Source: an uncultured Clostridia bacterium
GTDB lineage: Bacteria > Bacillota > Clostridia > Peptostreptococcales > Anaerovoracaceae
Length of the DNA: 64,000 bases
NCBI GenBank assembly: GCA_938034165.1
Contig: CALHKP010000038.1
Location: 6,029-70,028 of the forward strand
Direction: 5' to 3'
Position numbers and translations under genes: made by a program. Positions 19,101-27,484 of this stretch are shown in pieces. Below the pieces are notes generated by a model. That model ran no database searches, was not told the DNA's origin, and saw only the letters and a list, made by a program, of their open reading frames with translations. Every line of letters begins with the position of its first letter. The first letter of the stretch is position 1.

Positions 19101-20019
19101 GGCAGACAGAAGTTTTCTTGTCAGTTATAAGAAGCTTAACCAGCTTCTTTTCGTTCTTTATTGTTCTCGCTTCCTTGTGGAAAAGAATACCTTCTATTAC
19201 AACGCTTCCGCTTTCCGGATTAACACTTCCGAGAGGCACAGGTTCACCGGTAATAGCCTTTCCGCCGATAATCCGGTTTCCTTCTGCAGGCAACTCAAGG
19301 AGATTTTTCCTTCTTCTTCCTCCGGAAAATCCGCCCTGACCGAATCCCTGACCGGAATTTTGTCCAAAACTCTGACCTCCGCCTTGCGAAAATCCGCCGT
19401 TGTTTGCTGCGGCAGATGCCTTCGGCTTTGATTCTCTCTGCAGTCTGTTCTTTTCCTCTTGCTCTTTTAGTGATTCCTTTATATCCTGTTCTTCAGAGCT
19501 TTTCCATGATTCCCGCGTTCTTTGGTAAAAATCCATATCATTTTCGAAACGCACGCTGTAATTAAAGCCAAAATAATTATTCAAAAGCTGAGAAAATAGC
19601 GGCGCAACCTGTTCATTCAGGCGCTTCGTCATTACATCTCCAAGAGAACCTATAATAACCGACTTTCCGTCTGTAATACAGTTATCACCATGAATGTATT
19701 CAGAAAGAGCTATATATTTTCCATTGATAATCTTAATCATATGAGGAACAAAAGCCTTGACGGCTTCTTCCTCAGGCTGCACCAAGTTATAAAACTCATA
19801 ATCGAATTTTACACTTTCAAGATCGCTGATGCTCCCTGCCATTATGGCGCAAATCTTCTGTACATCTAAAAAAGGTACAACAAAATTGAGCCGGAGCGTT
19901 ATTTCAAGTACTCCGGTCTCTTTCGTCAATAAAGCGTTTTCAATTGTGTACTCACATTCTTCTTTTTTGCAGCCTTTGACTGAATTCCAGTCAATATGGC
20001 TGTCAATCAGCGTTCTCAT
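16150..20019 (-). CDS. polC: DNA polymerase III PolC-type, lacking the inserted 3'-5' exonuclease domain
   Basis: 1289 aa. Recognisable parts: PolC N-domain, OB fold, PHP (ELHAHT, ITDHG, TDAHY), palm/fingers (GSRGSVGSS, PDIDLNF) and zinc module CPECKH..CPIC. It occupies the canonical position between rseP and rimP. No DnaQ-like Exo motifs were found. Confidence 0.93.
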   Translation of the reverse strand: MRTLIDSHIDWNSVKGCKKEECEYTIENALLTKETGVLEITLRLNFVVPFLDVQKICAIMAGSISDLESVKFDYEFYNLVQPEEEAVKAFVPHMIKIINGKYIALSEYIHGDNCITDGKSVIIGSLGDVMTKRLNEQVAPLFSQLLNNYFGFNYSVRFENDMDFYQRTRESWKSSEEQDIKESLKEQEEKNRLQRESKPKASAAANNGGFSQGGGQSFGQNSGQGFGQGGFSGGRRRKNLLELPAEGNRIIGGKAITGEPVPLGSVNPESGSVVIEGILFHKEARTIKNEKKLVKLLITDKKTSVCLKAFLSEQKWTEIDSLLKNGDFIKVSGDAEWDRIDNFLSIMIKGVEKGQLKKRQDLFEGRKRVELHAHTKMSAMDGLNEVENLVATAAEWGQPAVAITDHGVVQSFPDAAKTAKKLKDKDQHIKIIYGMEGYVFDDSDCVNPDGTIDYKSKNTNHIILLAQTQEGLKNIYKMVSMSHIDYFYKRPRLPKSVITAHREGIIIGSACEAGEVFRAITSGCSDEEICKVAEYYDYLEVQPLINNQFMIDKGIVSGRDDLIEFNKKVIKIADMLGKPVVATTDAHYDEPDSAIYRNILLTGMGFKDAENGQGLYMRTTDEMMEEFSSYLGEETAYRIVVENTNKIADMISDEILPVPKGKFPPKIEGAEETLRKTCMENAHRLYGDPLPEEIGSRLETELNSIISNGYAVMYVSAQMLVHKSLEDGYLVGSRGSVGSSFAATMAGITEVNPLDPHYICPECKHIEWGDMQLYDCGIDMPEKECPICHTMMNRDGYTIPFATFLGFKGNKEPDIDLNFAGEYQATAHKYVGEIFGEKNVYKAGTVSTVADKTAYGYVMKFFDATNRPVNKYEADRLSKCCTGVKKTTGQHPGGIIIVPDDHEIYEFCPVQRPANDMKSDIVTTHFDYHKIDENLLKLDILGHNIPSMIRQLQDMTGVDPLTLDLTDRKVLSIFNGIEALEIKDPEYKYTHGTYAIPEFGTSFVRKMLDDTKPDKFADLVRISGFSHGTDVWLNNAQDYIKSGVATMREVISTRDDIMNYLILKGIENSTAFQIMEDVRKNRPLKDEQLEVMKAHGVPDWYIDSCIKIQYMFPRAHAVAYVMMSFRMAWYKVYYPQEFYATHFTSVVSDFDADTILKGAKACIDRIDEINAMGDNAPPKAKAQILVLEVAYEMYSRGYEFKKPELGKSRALRFWTDEGKVILPFVALEGVGDTAAKAFVEAYNEKPFETVEEAVNRAKLNKTAVEALRSYGVFEGLPETDQLSFFTMGL

Positions 20020-21058
20020 AACTTTTTATTACCTCTATAAGCTCATCTGCAATACAATCTTCATCTACAGTCTTGAGTATTTCTCCCTTTTGGAATATTA
20101 CGCCTTTGCCTTGACCGCCTGCCACACCGAAATCGGCTTCTTTTGCTTCTCCCGGTCCGTTTACAACGCAGCCCATTACAGCAACCTTAAGTCCTGAACT
20201 GATTCCTGCCTCTAGAAGCCTTTCATCTATTTCTTCTGCCAAATCTCTCAGTGCAATCTTTGTTCTTCCGCATGTAGGACATGATACAAGGTTATACGGT
20301 GCTTTTCGGATTCCCAGAGTTTCAAGTATTTCCTTTGCAAAACGAACTTCTTCCACAGGGTCCGCTGTCAGTGATACCCTCATAGTATCGCCTATATCAT
20401 TTAAAAGTAATGCACCGATACCTATTGCCGACTTCACCTTGCCTCTTCTCAGAGTTCCCGCTTCTGTAATTCCAATATGAATAGGATGATTTGTATTCTT
20501 TGAGAGAATCTCATGGGCATCATAATTCATCTTTACATCTGAAGATTTGATTGAAACCACAAGGTTATCATATCCCATATCTTCTATAATTTTAAGGTTT
20601 TTCAGTGCGCTCTCACAAAGTCCCTCAGCCGTAACTTCTCCGTATTTTTCGAGAATTTCTTTTTCCAAAGATCCTGAGTTAACTCCCACTCTAATTGGTA
20701 TATTCTTTGCCTTTGCAGCTTCCACAACTGCTCTGACTCTTTCTTCTGAACCTATGTTTCCGGGATTTATTCTGATTTTGTCAGCACCGGCTTCTATAGC
20801 CGCTATTGCAAGACGATAATCAAAATGTATATCCGCAACCAGCGGACAGTCAGTTTTCTCTCTTATCTTTGCGAGAGTTTCTGCAGCTTCCATGTCAGGA
20901 ATCGCAATTCTCACGATTTCACAACCTGCCGCAGTAAGTTCATTTATCTGGCTGAGCAAAGCTTCTTCGTCATGAGGATCAACATTAGTCATCGACTGAA
21001 TAGAAACAGGAGCACCTGCACCTATTTTTACATTTCTTACCATTACTGATTTCTTCAT
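20003..21058 (-). CDS. ispG: 4-hydroxy-3-methylbut-2-en-1-yl diphosphate synthase (flavodoxin) IspG
   Basis: 351 aa. TIM-barrel region ..ADIHFDYRLA..RINPGNIG.. and C-terminal cluster CPTCGR...GCVVNGPGE. Confidence 0.95.
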   Translation of the reverse strand: MKKSVMVRNVKIGAGAPVSIQSMTNVDPHDEEALLSQINELTAAGCEIVRIAIPDMEAAETLAKIREKTDCPLVADIHFDYRLAIAAIEAGADKIRINPGNIGSEERVRAVVEAAKAKNIPIRVGVNSGSLEKEILEKYGEVTAEGLCESALKNLKIIEDMGYDNLVVSIKSSDVKMNYDAHEILSKNTNHPIHIGITEAGTLRRGKVKSAIGIGALLLNDIGDTMRVSLTADPVEEVRFAKEILETLGIRKAPYNLVSCPTCGRTKIALRDLAEEIDERLLEAGISSGLKVAVMGCVVNGPGEAKEADFGVAGGQGKGVIFQKGEILKTVDEDCIADELIEVIKSYENAD

Positions 21059-22065
21059 TTTAGTAACCTCACTATATCATTCCATGTAGCAAAAACAAAT
21101 AAACCTAACAGGAGCGCCATTCCAAGAGCATGAACTTTGCCCTCCATCTCGTCAGTTATAGCTTTTCCCGTAATCAACCTTATAAACACAAACAGAATTC
21201 TTCCTCCGTCAAGTGCCGGAAAAGGCAGGAGGTTAAACAAAGCCACATTTATGCTGATAAGCGCGACAAGATACATAAAATACATTATTCCATACGTGCT
21301 TGTATCACTTACCATACTTACAATTCCCACAGGTCCACTGACATTTTCAGCAAAATCTCTGGAAGCAAAGAGCTGTTTCAGAGCATCAAAGATTGCACCT
21401 GTCATTTCCTTTGTCATAACACAGCCGTTTTTCACCGCAAGAAGAGGGTTGTGATCAAGTTTACTTTCGATTCCCACAAGATATCTCTGTTGCTCTTCGT
21501 TAAACTGCGGCACTACGGTACATTCCATGTTTTTTCCGTCTCTTGATACAGTAATTTCAATGCTTTTTCCTGCATCCTCCGAATTTAATTCTTTTATTAT
21601 ATCCTGCCATGTTTTTACACTCTTGCCATTTATACAAACCACTTCGTCTCCGGCTCGAAGTCCGGCCTCGTAAGCAGGCATATCCTTCTGCACATTGCCT
21701 ACAGTAGCTGTAGGCGTTCCCGAAATTCCTGCAACCACTGATAGCAGAACAGCAGCTATTACAATATTCATAAAAGCTCCGGCTGCAAGAATAATTATCT
21801 TCTGCCACCAGCTTTTGTTGTTAAATGCTCTTTCGTTATCAGATTCCGACTTTTCGTCTTCTCCCTCCATAGCACAGTATCCTCCAAGAGGTATGAGCCT
21901 TATTGAATACAGAGTTTCCTTTCCCTGTCTGCTGAAAATTGCGGGTCCCATTCCGAATGCAAATTCATTTACCTGAACCCCACATGCTTTTGCAGCCACA
22001 AAATGCCCCAGTTCATGAGGAAAAATCATCAAAACAAAAAGTACAACAACCAGTATTATTGTCAT
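21055..22065 (-). CDS. rseP: RIP metalloprotease RseP/RasP (M50 family, PDZ domain)
   Basis: Contains the HELGH zinc motif in TM1, a PDZ segment (..GLRAGDEVVCINGK..) and the NLLPFPALDGG motif. Confidence 0.92.
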   Translation of the reverse strand: MTIILVVVLFVLMIFPHELGHFVAAKACGVQVNEFAFGMGPAIFSRQGKETLYSIRLIPLGGYCAMEGEDEKSESDNERAFNNKSWWQKIIILAAGAFMNIVIAAVLLSVVAGISGTPTATVGNVQKDMPAYEAGLRAGDEVVCINGKSVKTWQDIIKELNSEDAGKSIEITVSRDGKNMECTVVPQFNEEQQRYLVGIESKLDHNPLLAVKNGCVMTKEMTGAIFDALKQLFASRDFAENVSGPVGIVSMVSDTSTYGIMYFMYLVALISINVALFNLLPFPALDGGRILFVFIRLITGKAITDEMEGKVHALGMALLLGLFVFATWNDIVRLLK

Positions 22066-22092
22066 AATTCCTCCAGTCTAATCCCTAATCTC

Positions 22093-23238
22093 TTATCCCC
22101 TTACTTCTTCAAGAGTTTTCGCTCTTGCTTCTCTGTCAGCCTCAATTATTGATTCAAGGCTTACGTTTTCTGCAGGCAAATGTTTTTCCAGTACCCTTGA
22201 TATGTATTTTGGTATATCCGTAAATGATATTTCTCTGTTTAAGAAGAGATCCACCAGTACTTCGTTTGCAGCATTCATAACTACCGGATAGCTCTTTCCC
22301 GCCCTCGATGCTTCGTATGCGATTTTTATGCATGTAAACACCTCAGGATCTGGTTTTTCAAATGTCAGATTCTGTGCTTCTCCAAAGAAGTCCAGACCCG
22401 TACCGCTGTATGGGATTCTATCTGGATATCCCAGTGCAACGCTTATAGGGATTCTCATATCAGGAAGTCCAAGCTGAGCTATAACAGAAGTATCCTCAAA
22501 CTCAACAGCAGAGTGAACTATGCTCTGGGAATGAACCAGAATCTGAATATCATCAAGAGGCACATCAAAGAGCCACTTTGCTTCTATTACCTCAAGTCCC
22601 TTATTCATCATTGTAGCGGAGTCTATGGTTATTTTTTTGCCCATACTCCAGTTGGGATGTTTAAGAGCCCTTTCGAGGGTAACTCCCTCTAACTCTTCTT
22701 TTGTATATCCTCTGAAGGGTCCGCCGGATGCAGTCAGAAGAATCCTTTTGATTTTTTTGTCTTCATTTCCCATGAGACACTGAAATATTGCACTGTGCTC
22801 ACTATCAACAGGAAGAAGCTTTACGCCCTTTTCTTTTACAAGGTTCATTACAACCTCGCCCCCTGCAACGAGAGTTTCTTTGTTCGCAAGAGCTATGTCT
22901 TTTCCTTTTTTGATTGCCGCACATGTAGGAACAAGTCCTCTCATTCCCATCAGTGAATTCAGCAAAATGTCGCTGTCATATTCTGCGGCGTCAACAAGTC
23001 CCTTTTCACCGAAGGAAAATTCAATATTTTTGAATATCTCTTTCAGTCGTAGAGCTTCCTTTTCTTCCTGAACAACTACAAGCTCAGGAGAAAACTTTTT
23101 TATCTGTTCTTCTATCAGTTTTGTGTTTTTTCCGCATGTCAAAACAGAAACAGAAAACCTGTCCTGATTTTCTGCTATAACATCAAGAGCCTGGGTACCG
23201 ATTGACCCTGTGCTTCCGAGAATTGCTATTTTTTTCAT
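22093..23238 (-). CDS. dxr: 1-deoxy-D-xylulose 5-phosphate reductoisomerase
   Basis: Contains the ILGSTGSIGTQ NADPH-binding motif and ..LANKE...DSEHSAIFQC... Confidence 0.96.
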   Translation of the reverse strand: MKKIAILGSTGSIGTQALDVIAENQDRFSVSVLTCGKNTKLIEEQIKKFSPELVVVQEEKEALRLKEIFKNIEFSFGEKGLVDAAEYDSDILLNSLMGMRGLVPTCAAIKKGKDIALANKETLVAGGEVVMNLVKEKGVKLLPVDSEHSAIFQCLMGNEDKKIKRILLTASGGPFRGYTKEELEGVTLERALKHPNWSMGKKITIDSATMMNKGLEVIEAKWLFDVPLDDIQILVHSQSIVHSAVEFEDTSVIAQLGLPDMRIPISVALGYPDRIPYSGTGLDFFGEAQNLTFEKPDPEVFTCIKIAYEASRAGKSYPVVMNAANEVLVDLFLNREISFTDIPKYISRVLEKHLPAENVSLESIIEADREARAKTLEEVRG

Positions 23239-23253
23239 TCTTTCACCTAATCT

Positions 23254-24039
23254 TTATGCTAATACAAATATGATATAGTAATAAACAATCGGAGCTGTAA
23301 ACAGCACACTATCAAATCTATCCATAATACCGCCGTGACCCGGAATGAGAGTTCCGTAGTCTTTAATTCCCATCTTTCTCTTATATGCAGAAGCTGTAAG
23401 GTCTCCGCACATTGACATGATTGATGCGATAAATCCTATAATCATGCAGTGTACCATGAGAAACGGTGCAAAGAAGTGTGCAAACAGTGCACAGCAAATC
23501 ATGCAGCCAAGTACTCCTCCGACTGCGCCTTCTATGGTTTTCTTTGGACTCAGGTTAGGACAGAGCTTATGCTTGCCGAGGAATACTCCTGAAAAGTATG
23601 CACATATATCTGTCGCAAAGGCTGATATCAGAACAAGCCATATAAGAATTGAGTAAGGACCTGTCTGATCAACCAAAACTACATGGAAGGAGAAAAATAT
23701 AACATAAACAAGGCCCAGCATAGTGGCAAGAGCATCTTCTATTTTTCTCTCATTGATTTTGAAAATATATATGGAGCTTGCCATTACCCCGGCAACAAGC
23801 CATGCTATTATGTATTCATGTTCAGATGGGAAAAATCCGTTTAGCGCATATAATGCAAACAGAAAAACATATGCAATGTTATAGCTTGGATGTATATCCA
23901 TAGCATTAAATCCTCTGAACAGTTCTCTAACACCTATAAAACCTATCAATATGCACATAGCTACCAGCGGATAGCTTCCAAAATAAACTATTGCCAAAAG
24001 CGGAACCATGCATAATCCTGAAATGATTCTTGTCTTCAT
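23254..24039 (-). CDS. cdsA: Phosphatidate cytidylyltransferase
   Basis: 261-aa polytopic membrane protein with the C-terminal signature ..SAYKRKMGIKDYGTLIPGHGGIMDRFDS... Confidence 0.93.
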   Translation of the reverse strand: MKTRIISGLCMVPLLAIVYFGSYPLVAMCILIGFIGVRELFRGFNAMDIHPSYNIAYVFLFALYALNGFFPSEHEYIIAWLVAGVMASSIYIFKINERKIEDALATMLGLVYVIFFSFHVVLVDQTGPYSILIWLVLISAFATDICAYFSGVFLGKHKLCPNLSPKKTIEGAVGGVLGCMICCALFAHFFAPFLMVHCMIIGFIASIMSMCGDLTASAYKRKMGIKDYGTLIPGHGGIMDRFDSVLFTAPIVYYYIIFVLA

Positions 24040-24068
24040 AAAATTATCCCTTTCGTATATATCTCAAC

Positions 24069-24800
24069 TTATTTTTTTCTTCCGCCGAACCTTCTGTCTC
24101 TTCCCGCAAATTCCTCGAGAATGCTTTCGTATTCTGCTGGCGTAAAGTCAGGCCATAGACTGTCTGTAAAAGCAAATTCGCTGTATGCGCTTTGCCACAA
24201 CATGAAGTTTGAAAGTCTTTCTTCTCCGCTGGTTCTTATAATCAGATCCGGATCAGGAATATTATCGTTCTCATCACCTGTATAAAGATATCTTGATATG
24301 AGTTCTTCTGTTATTTCTTGTGAATCATCTATCTTCTTTTCTTTCATGTCGGTCATGATATTATTTACTGCTCTGACTATTTCTGCTCTGCTTCCGTAGT
24401 TAAGAGCTATATTAAACTGGAGTCCCGTATTTGAACGAGTTGTTTCCAGAGATTTTTCGAGTCTTTCTTTTGCATCTTTTGGGATAACCGAATAGTCACC
24501 CAATACATGTACCTTAACATTATTCGCATTCAGTTCTGCAAGCTCACTGTCGACATATTTTACGAGTAGCTTGAAGATTCCGCTTACTTCCTCTTCAGAT
24601 CTTTTCCAGTTTTCTGTAGAGAATGCATACACCGTCAGATATTTTACTCCAAGAGAGGATGATGCTTTAACTATCTCTTTCATTGCCAGCATTCCGGCAT
24701 TGTGTCCTGCAACTCTGGGTAAAAATCTTTTCTTTGCCCATCTTCCGTTTCCGTCCATTATTATGGCAACATGAGCAGGTAATTTTGTCTTTTCTATCAT
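24069..24800 (-). CDS. uppS: Isoprenyl transferase (undecaprenyl-diphosphate synthase)
   Basis: Contains HVAIIMDGNGRWAK, ..FSTENWKR.. and ..RTSGEERLSNFMLWQ... Confidence 0.96.
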   Translation of the reverse strand: MIEKTKLPAHVAIIMDGNGRWAKKRFLPRVAGHNAGMLAMKEIVKASSSLGVKYLTVYAFSTENWKRSEEEVSGIFKLLVKYVDSELAELNANNVKVHVLGDYSVIPKDAKERLEKSLETTRSNTGLQFNIALNYGSRAEIVRAVNNIMTDMKEKKIDDSQEITEELISRYLYTGDENDNIPDPDLIIRTSGEERLSNFMLWQSAYSEFAFTDSLWPDFTPAEYESILEEFAGRDRRFGGRKK

Positions 24801-24922
24801 TTTGCCCTCACAACATAAGGCTATCCCGGGTTAACCGAAATAGCCTGTAATTTTTGTCTAAACCAGTCAGTTATTTAGATCAAACACCTTCTACCGGTTT
24901 TCATATTATTGGAATGTATCAA

Positions 24923-25471
24923 TTATACTTCCATGATTTCCTTGTCTTTTGCAACGATAATTTCGTCGATTTCTTTTACTGCTTTGTCAGTTGTCTTCTG
25001 AACCTTGTCAAGATCCTGTTTTAGTTCGTCTTCTGTGATTTCGCCGTCCTTCTGCATCTTCTTGAGGTGGTCGTTTGAATCTCTTCTCATGTTTCTTATA
25101 GCAACCTTAGCATCTTCACCCATCTTCTTTGTTGTCTTAGTCAGCTCTTTTCTTCTTTCTTCTGTCAGCTGAGGAATTGAAAGTCTGATGCATTTTCCGT
25201 CGTTTGATGGTGTGATTCCGATTTCTGCAACCTGAATAGCCTTTTCGATTGCTGAAATCATGCTTGGGTCAAATGGTGAAATCATAAGAGTTCTTGGATC
25301 AGGAACTGAAATGTTGGCTATGTTCTTGAGTGGTGATGGTGTTCCATAATAGTCAACTGTCACCTTATCAAGCAGTGCAGGGTTTGCTCTTCCTGCTCTT
25401 ACAGTATTAAGATCTGACTTTAAAATTTCGATTGTCTTTGCAATTCTTTCTTCAAAACTCTTGTGGCTCAT
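24923..25471 (-). CDS. frr: Ribosome recycling factor
   Basis: 182 aa containing ..LNTVRAGRANPALLD..LSIPQLTEERRKEL... Confidence 0.96.
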   Translation of the reverse strand: MSHKSFEERIAKTIEILKSDLNTVRAGRANPALLDKVTVDYYGTPSPLKNIANISVPDPRTLMISPFDPSMISAIEKAIQVAEIGITPSNDGKCIRLSIPQLTEERRKELTKTTKKMGEDAKVAIRNMRRDSNDHLKKMQKDGEITEDELKQDLDKVQKTTDKAVKEIDEIIVAKDKEIMEV

Positions 25472-25505
25472 TTATAAGTCCTCCTGTTTTATCTTTATTA
25501 ATATC

Positions 25506-26210
25506 TTATTTAATTATTGTTCCGATTTTTTCACCACATACTGCCTTCAGCACATTGCCTTCTTCTGATATGCCAAATACATGTATTGCGATGTTGTTGT
25601 CCTTACACAAAGTAGCTGCAGTCAGATCCATTACCTTAAGATCTTTTTCTACAACTTCTAAATGAGTGAGTTCATCATACTTCACTGCGTTAGGATTTGT
25701 ATTTGGATCGTCTGAATATACAGCATCAACATTCTTTGCAAGAAGAATTACATCTGCATCCATTTCCGCTGCTCTCAGTGCTGCTGTTGTATCAGTTGAG
25801 AAGAAAGGATTTCCTGTTCCCGCACCAAAAATAACAACATCTTTATGTTCCAGATGGCTTATAGCTCTCATTCTTGCATAAGGTTCTGCAACTTCCTTCA
25901 TTTCGATTGCAGTCTGCACCTTAGTCTTCACGCCAATGCTCAAAAGAGCTGACTGAAGCGCCATAGCATTCATTACAGTTGCAAGCATTCCCATGTAATC
26001 TGCTGTAGCTCTATCCATGTCTTTGCTGCTTCTGCCTCTCCAGAAGTTGCCTCCGCCTACAACAATAGCAACTTCCACTCCCATATCGTGAACTTCTTTT
26101 ACCTGCTTTGCCACCTTGGCAGTCATTTCTTCGCTAATACCGAATTTCTGTTCACCTGCAAGTGCTTCGCCACTGATTTTTAAAAGTATACGCTTATATT
26201 TAGGTTCCAT
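25506..26210 (-). CDS. pyrH: UMP kinase
   Basis: Contains [13 protein letters not shown], ..[10 protein letters not shown].. and ..[14 protein letters not shown]... Confidence 0.96.
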   Translation of the reverse strand: MEPKYKRILLKISGEALAGEQKFGISEEMTAKVAKQVKEVHDMGVEVAIVVGGGNFWRGRSSKDMDRATADYMGMLATVMNAMALQSALLSIGVKTKVQTAIEMKEVAEPYARMRAISHLEHKDVVIFGAGTGNPFFSTDTTAALRAAEMDADVILLAKNVDAVYSDDPNTNPNAVKYDELTHLEVVEKDLKVMDLTAATLCKDNNIAIHVFGISEEGNVLKAVCGEKIGTIIK

Positions 26211-26272
26211 AAAAGCTCTCCTCTTGTCATATTAAATATAATCATTTGGTTAATTATATCACACAAAAAAAA

Positions 26273-27103
26273 CTATAACAAGCCTCTGTAAAAAGCATAC
26301 ATCATTTCACTCGTTAAACTTATTTCGTCATTTTCGGTTACAGGCATGTCAGCCCTATCAAACCATTCTGCCGTAGAAAGCTCTGTTTCGTCAAGAGTAA
26401 CATTGTCTGAACCTTCCAAATCTGCCACATATCCCAGAAGAAGATCGCTTTCGACTCCCCATGGCTGTGACTTGTAATATCTTACAGAATTAACCTTAAG
26501 GCCAACCTCTTCCATAACTTCACGTCTTACCGTATCCTCTGCAGTTTCACCGGTTTCAACAAATCCGGCAATCAGTGCATATCTTTTGAAAGTTCTTCCC
26601 GCATATTTTGTCAGCAGAATTCTATCGCCGTTAACTAGAGCAACTATTACAGCAGGTGCAATCTTTGGATATACTCTGTTTCCGCACTCAGGGCAGACCA
26701 ATGCTCTTTCGTCTTTGTCGTGAATCAATTTTTCCTGACATCTTCCGCAGTACTGATTGTCCCTGTACCATATATAAAGATGCTGCGCAGTGGAAGCTGC
26801 AAAGCAGATTTCTTTTGCTTTTTTGTGTCTCAGAAGTCTTGGGTTTTCCCATCTGAAGCCTTCCATAAGTTCTTTGCATTCATCAAAGTCCATGTGGAGA
26901 AAATATTTATCGTCACCTATTCTGAAAAGATACTGCAAAGTCTCACTGTCAAAGCTCTTCGCCTTCGGCAAAGTCATTTCCGTTCCAAGCTCGCCTTTTA
27001 TCATTATATTACTGCCGGAAAAAGAAAATACATAATCCTGAGGCGCCGCTTCTGTGCGCACGTATTCGTTGTATAGTCTTTTACCCTCAAGGTCCTGTAT
27101 CAT
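26273..27103 (-). CDS. nudC: NAD+ diphosphatase (NudC-type Nudix hydrolase)
   Basis: Zinc ribbon CGRCQEK..CPECGNRVYPK followed by the Nudix box GFVETGETAEDTVRREVMEEVG. Confidence 0.85.
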   Translation of the reverse strand: MIQDLEGKRLYNEYVRTEAAPQDYVFSFSGSNIMIKGELGTEMTLPKAKSFDSETLQYLFRIGDDKYFLHMDFDECKELMEGFRWENPRLLRHKKAKEICFAASTAQHLYIWYRDNQYCGRCQEKLIHDKDERALVCPECGNRVYPKIAPAVIVALVNGDRILLTKYAGRTFKRYALIAGFVETGETAEDTVRREVMEEVGLKVNSVRYYKSQPWGVESDLLLGYVADLEGSDNVTLDETELSTAEWFDRADMPVTENDEISLTSEMMYAFYRGLL

Positions 27104-27120
27104 AACTTACGCTCCTAAAA

Positions 27121-27483
27121 TTATGCTCCCACACTTTTCGTAGCAACTACATCTACCGAAGTCCCTGCCACGTTACAGATTATAACATCCCCTGTTTTAA
27201 CAGGAGCCTTTACTGAAATATCGTTTATTTCTTTCATGCATTCAAAGATTTTTTCCTTTGGAACAGGATTTCCCGTTTTTACAGGAACCATACATTCCTT
27301 TGCACCTTCCACTCTTACAGTGGAAGTAACAACTCTTACAGGAGCAACTGTTTCAGTTTTTGCATATTCAGCTCCTCTTTTGCATGTATTTCCTTTTATT
27401 TCTTTTACCTCTTTGCCTTCTAATGTCACTTCAATCTGGCATCCGATTGGGCAGCATATGCATGTAAGTTCTCTTTTTTCCAT
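27121..27483 (-). CDS. DUF1667 domain protein (third subunit of an FAD-dependent glycerol-3-P-dehydrogenase-like set)
   Basis: 120 aa with an N-terminal CICCPIGC...CKRG Cys motif typical of DUF1667. It is tightly linked (1 nt gap) to the upstream oxidoreductase. Confidence 0.75.
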   Translation of the reverse strand: MEKRELTCICCPIGCQIEVTLEGKEVKEIKGNTCKRGAEYAKTETVAPVRVVTSTVRVEGAKECMVPVKTGNPVPKEKIFECMKEINDISVKAPVKTGDVIICNVAGTSVDVVATKSVGA

Positions 27484-27484
27484 C

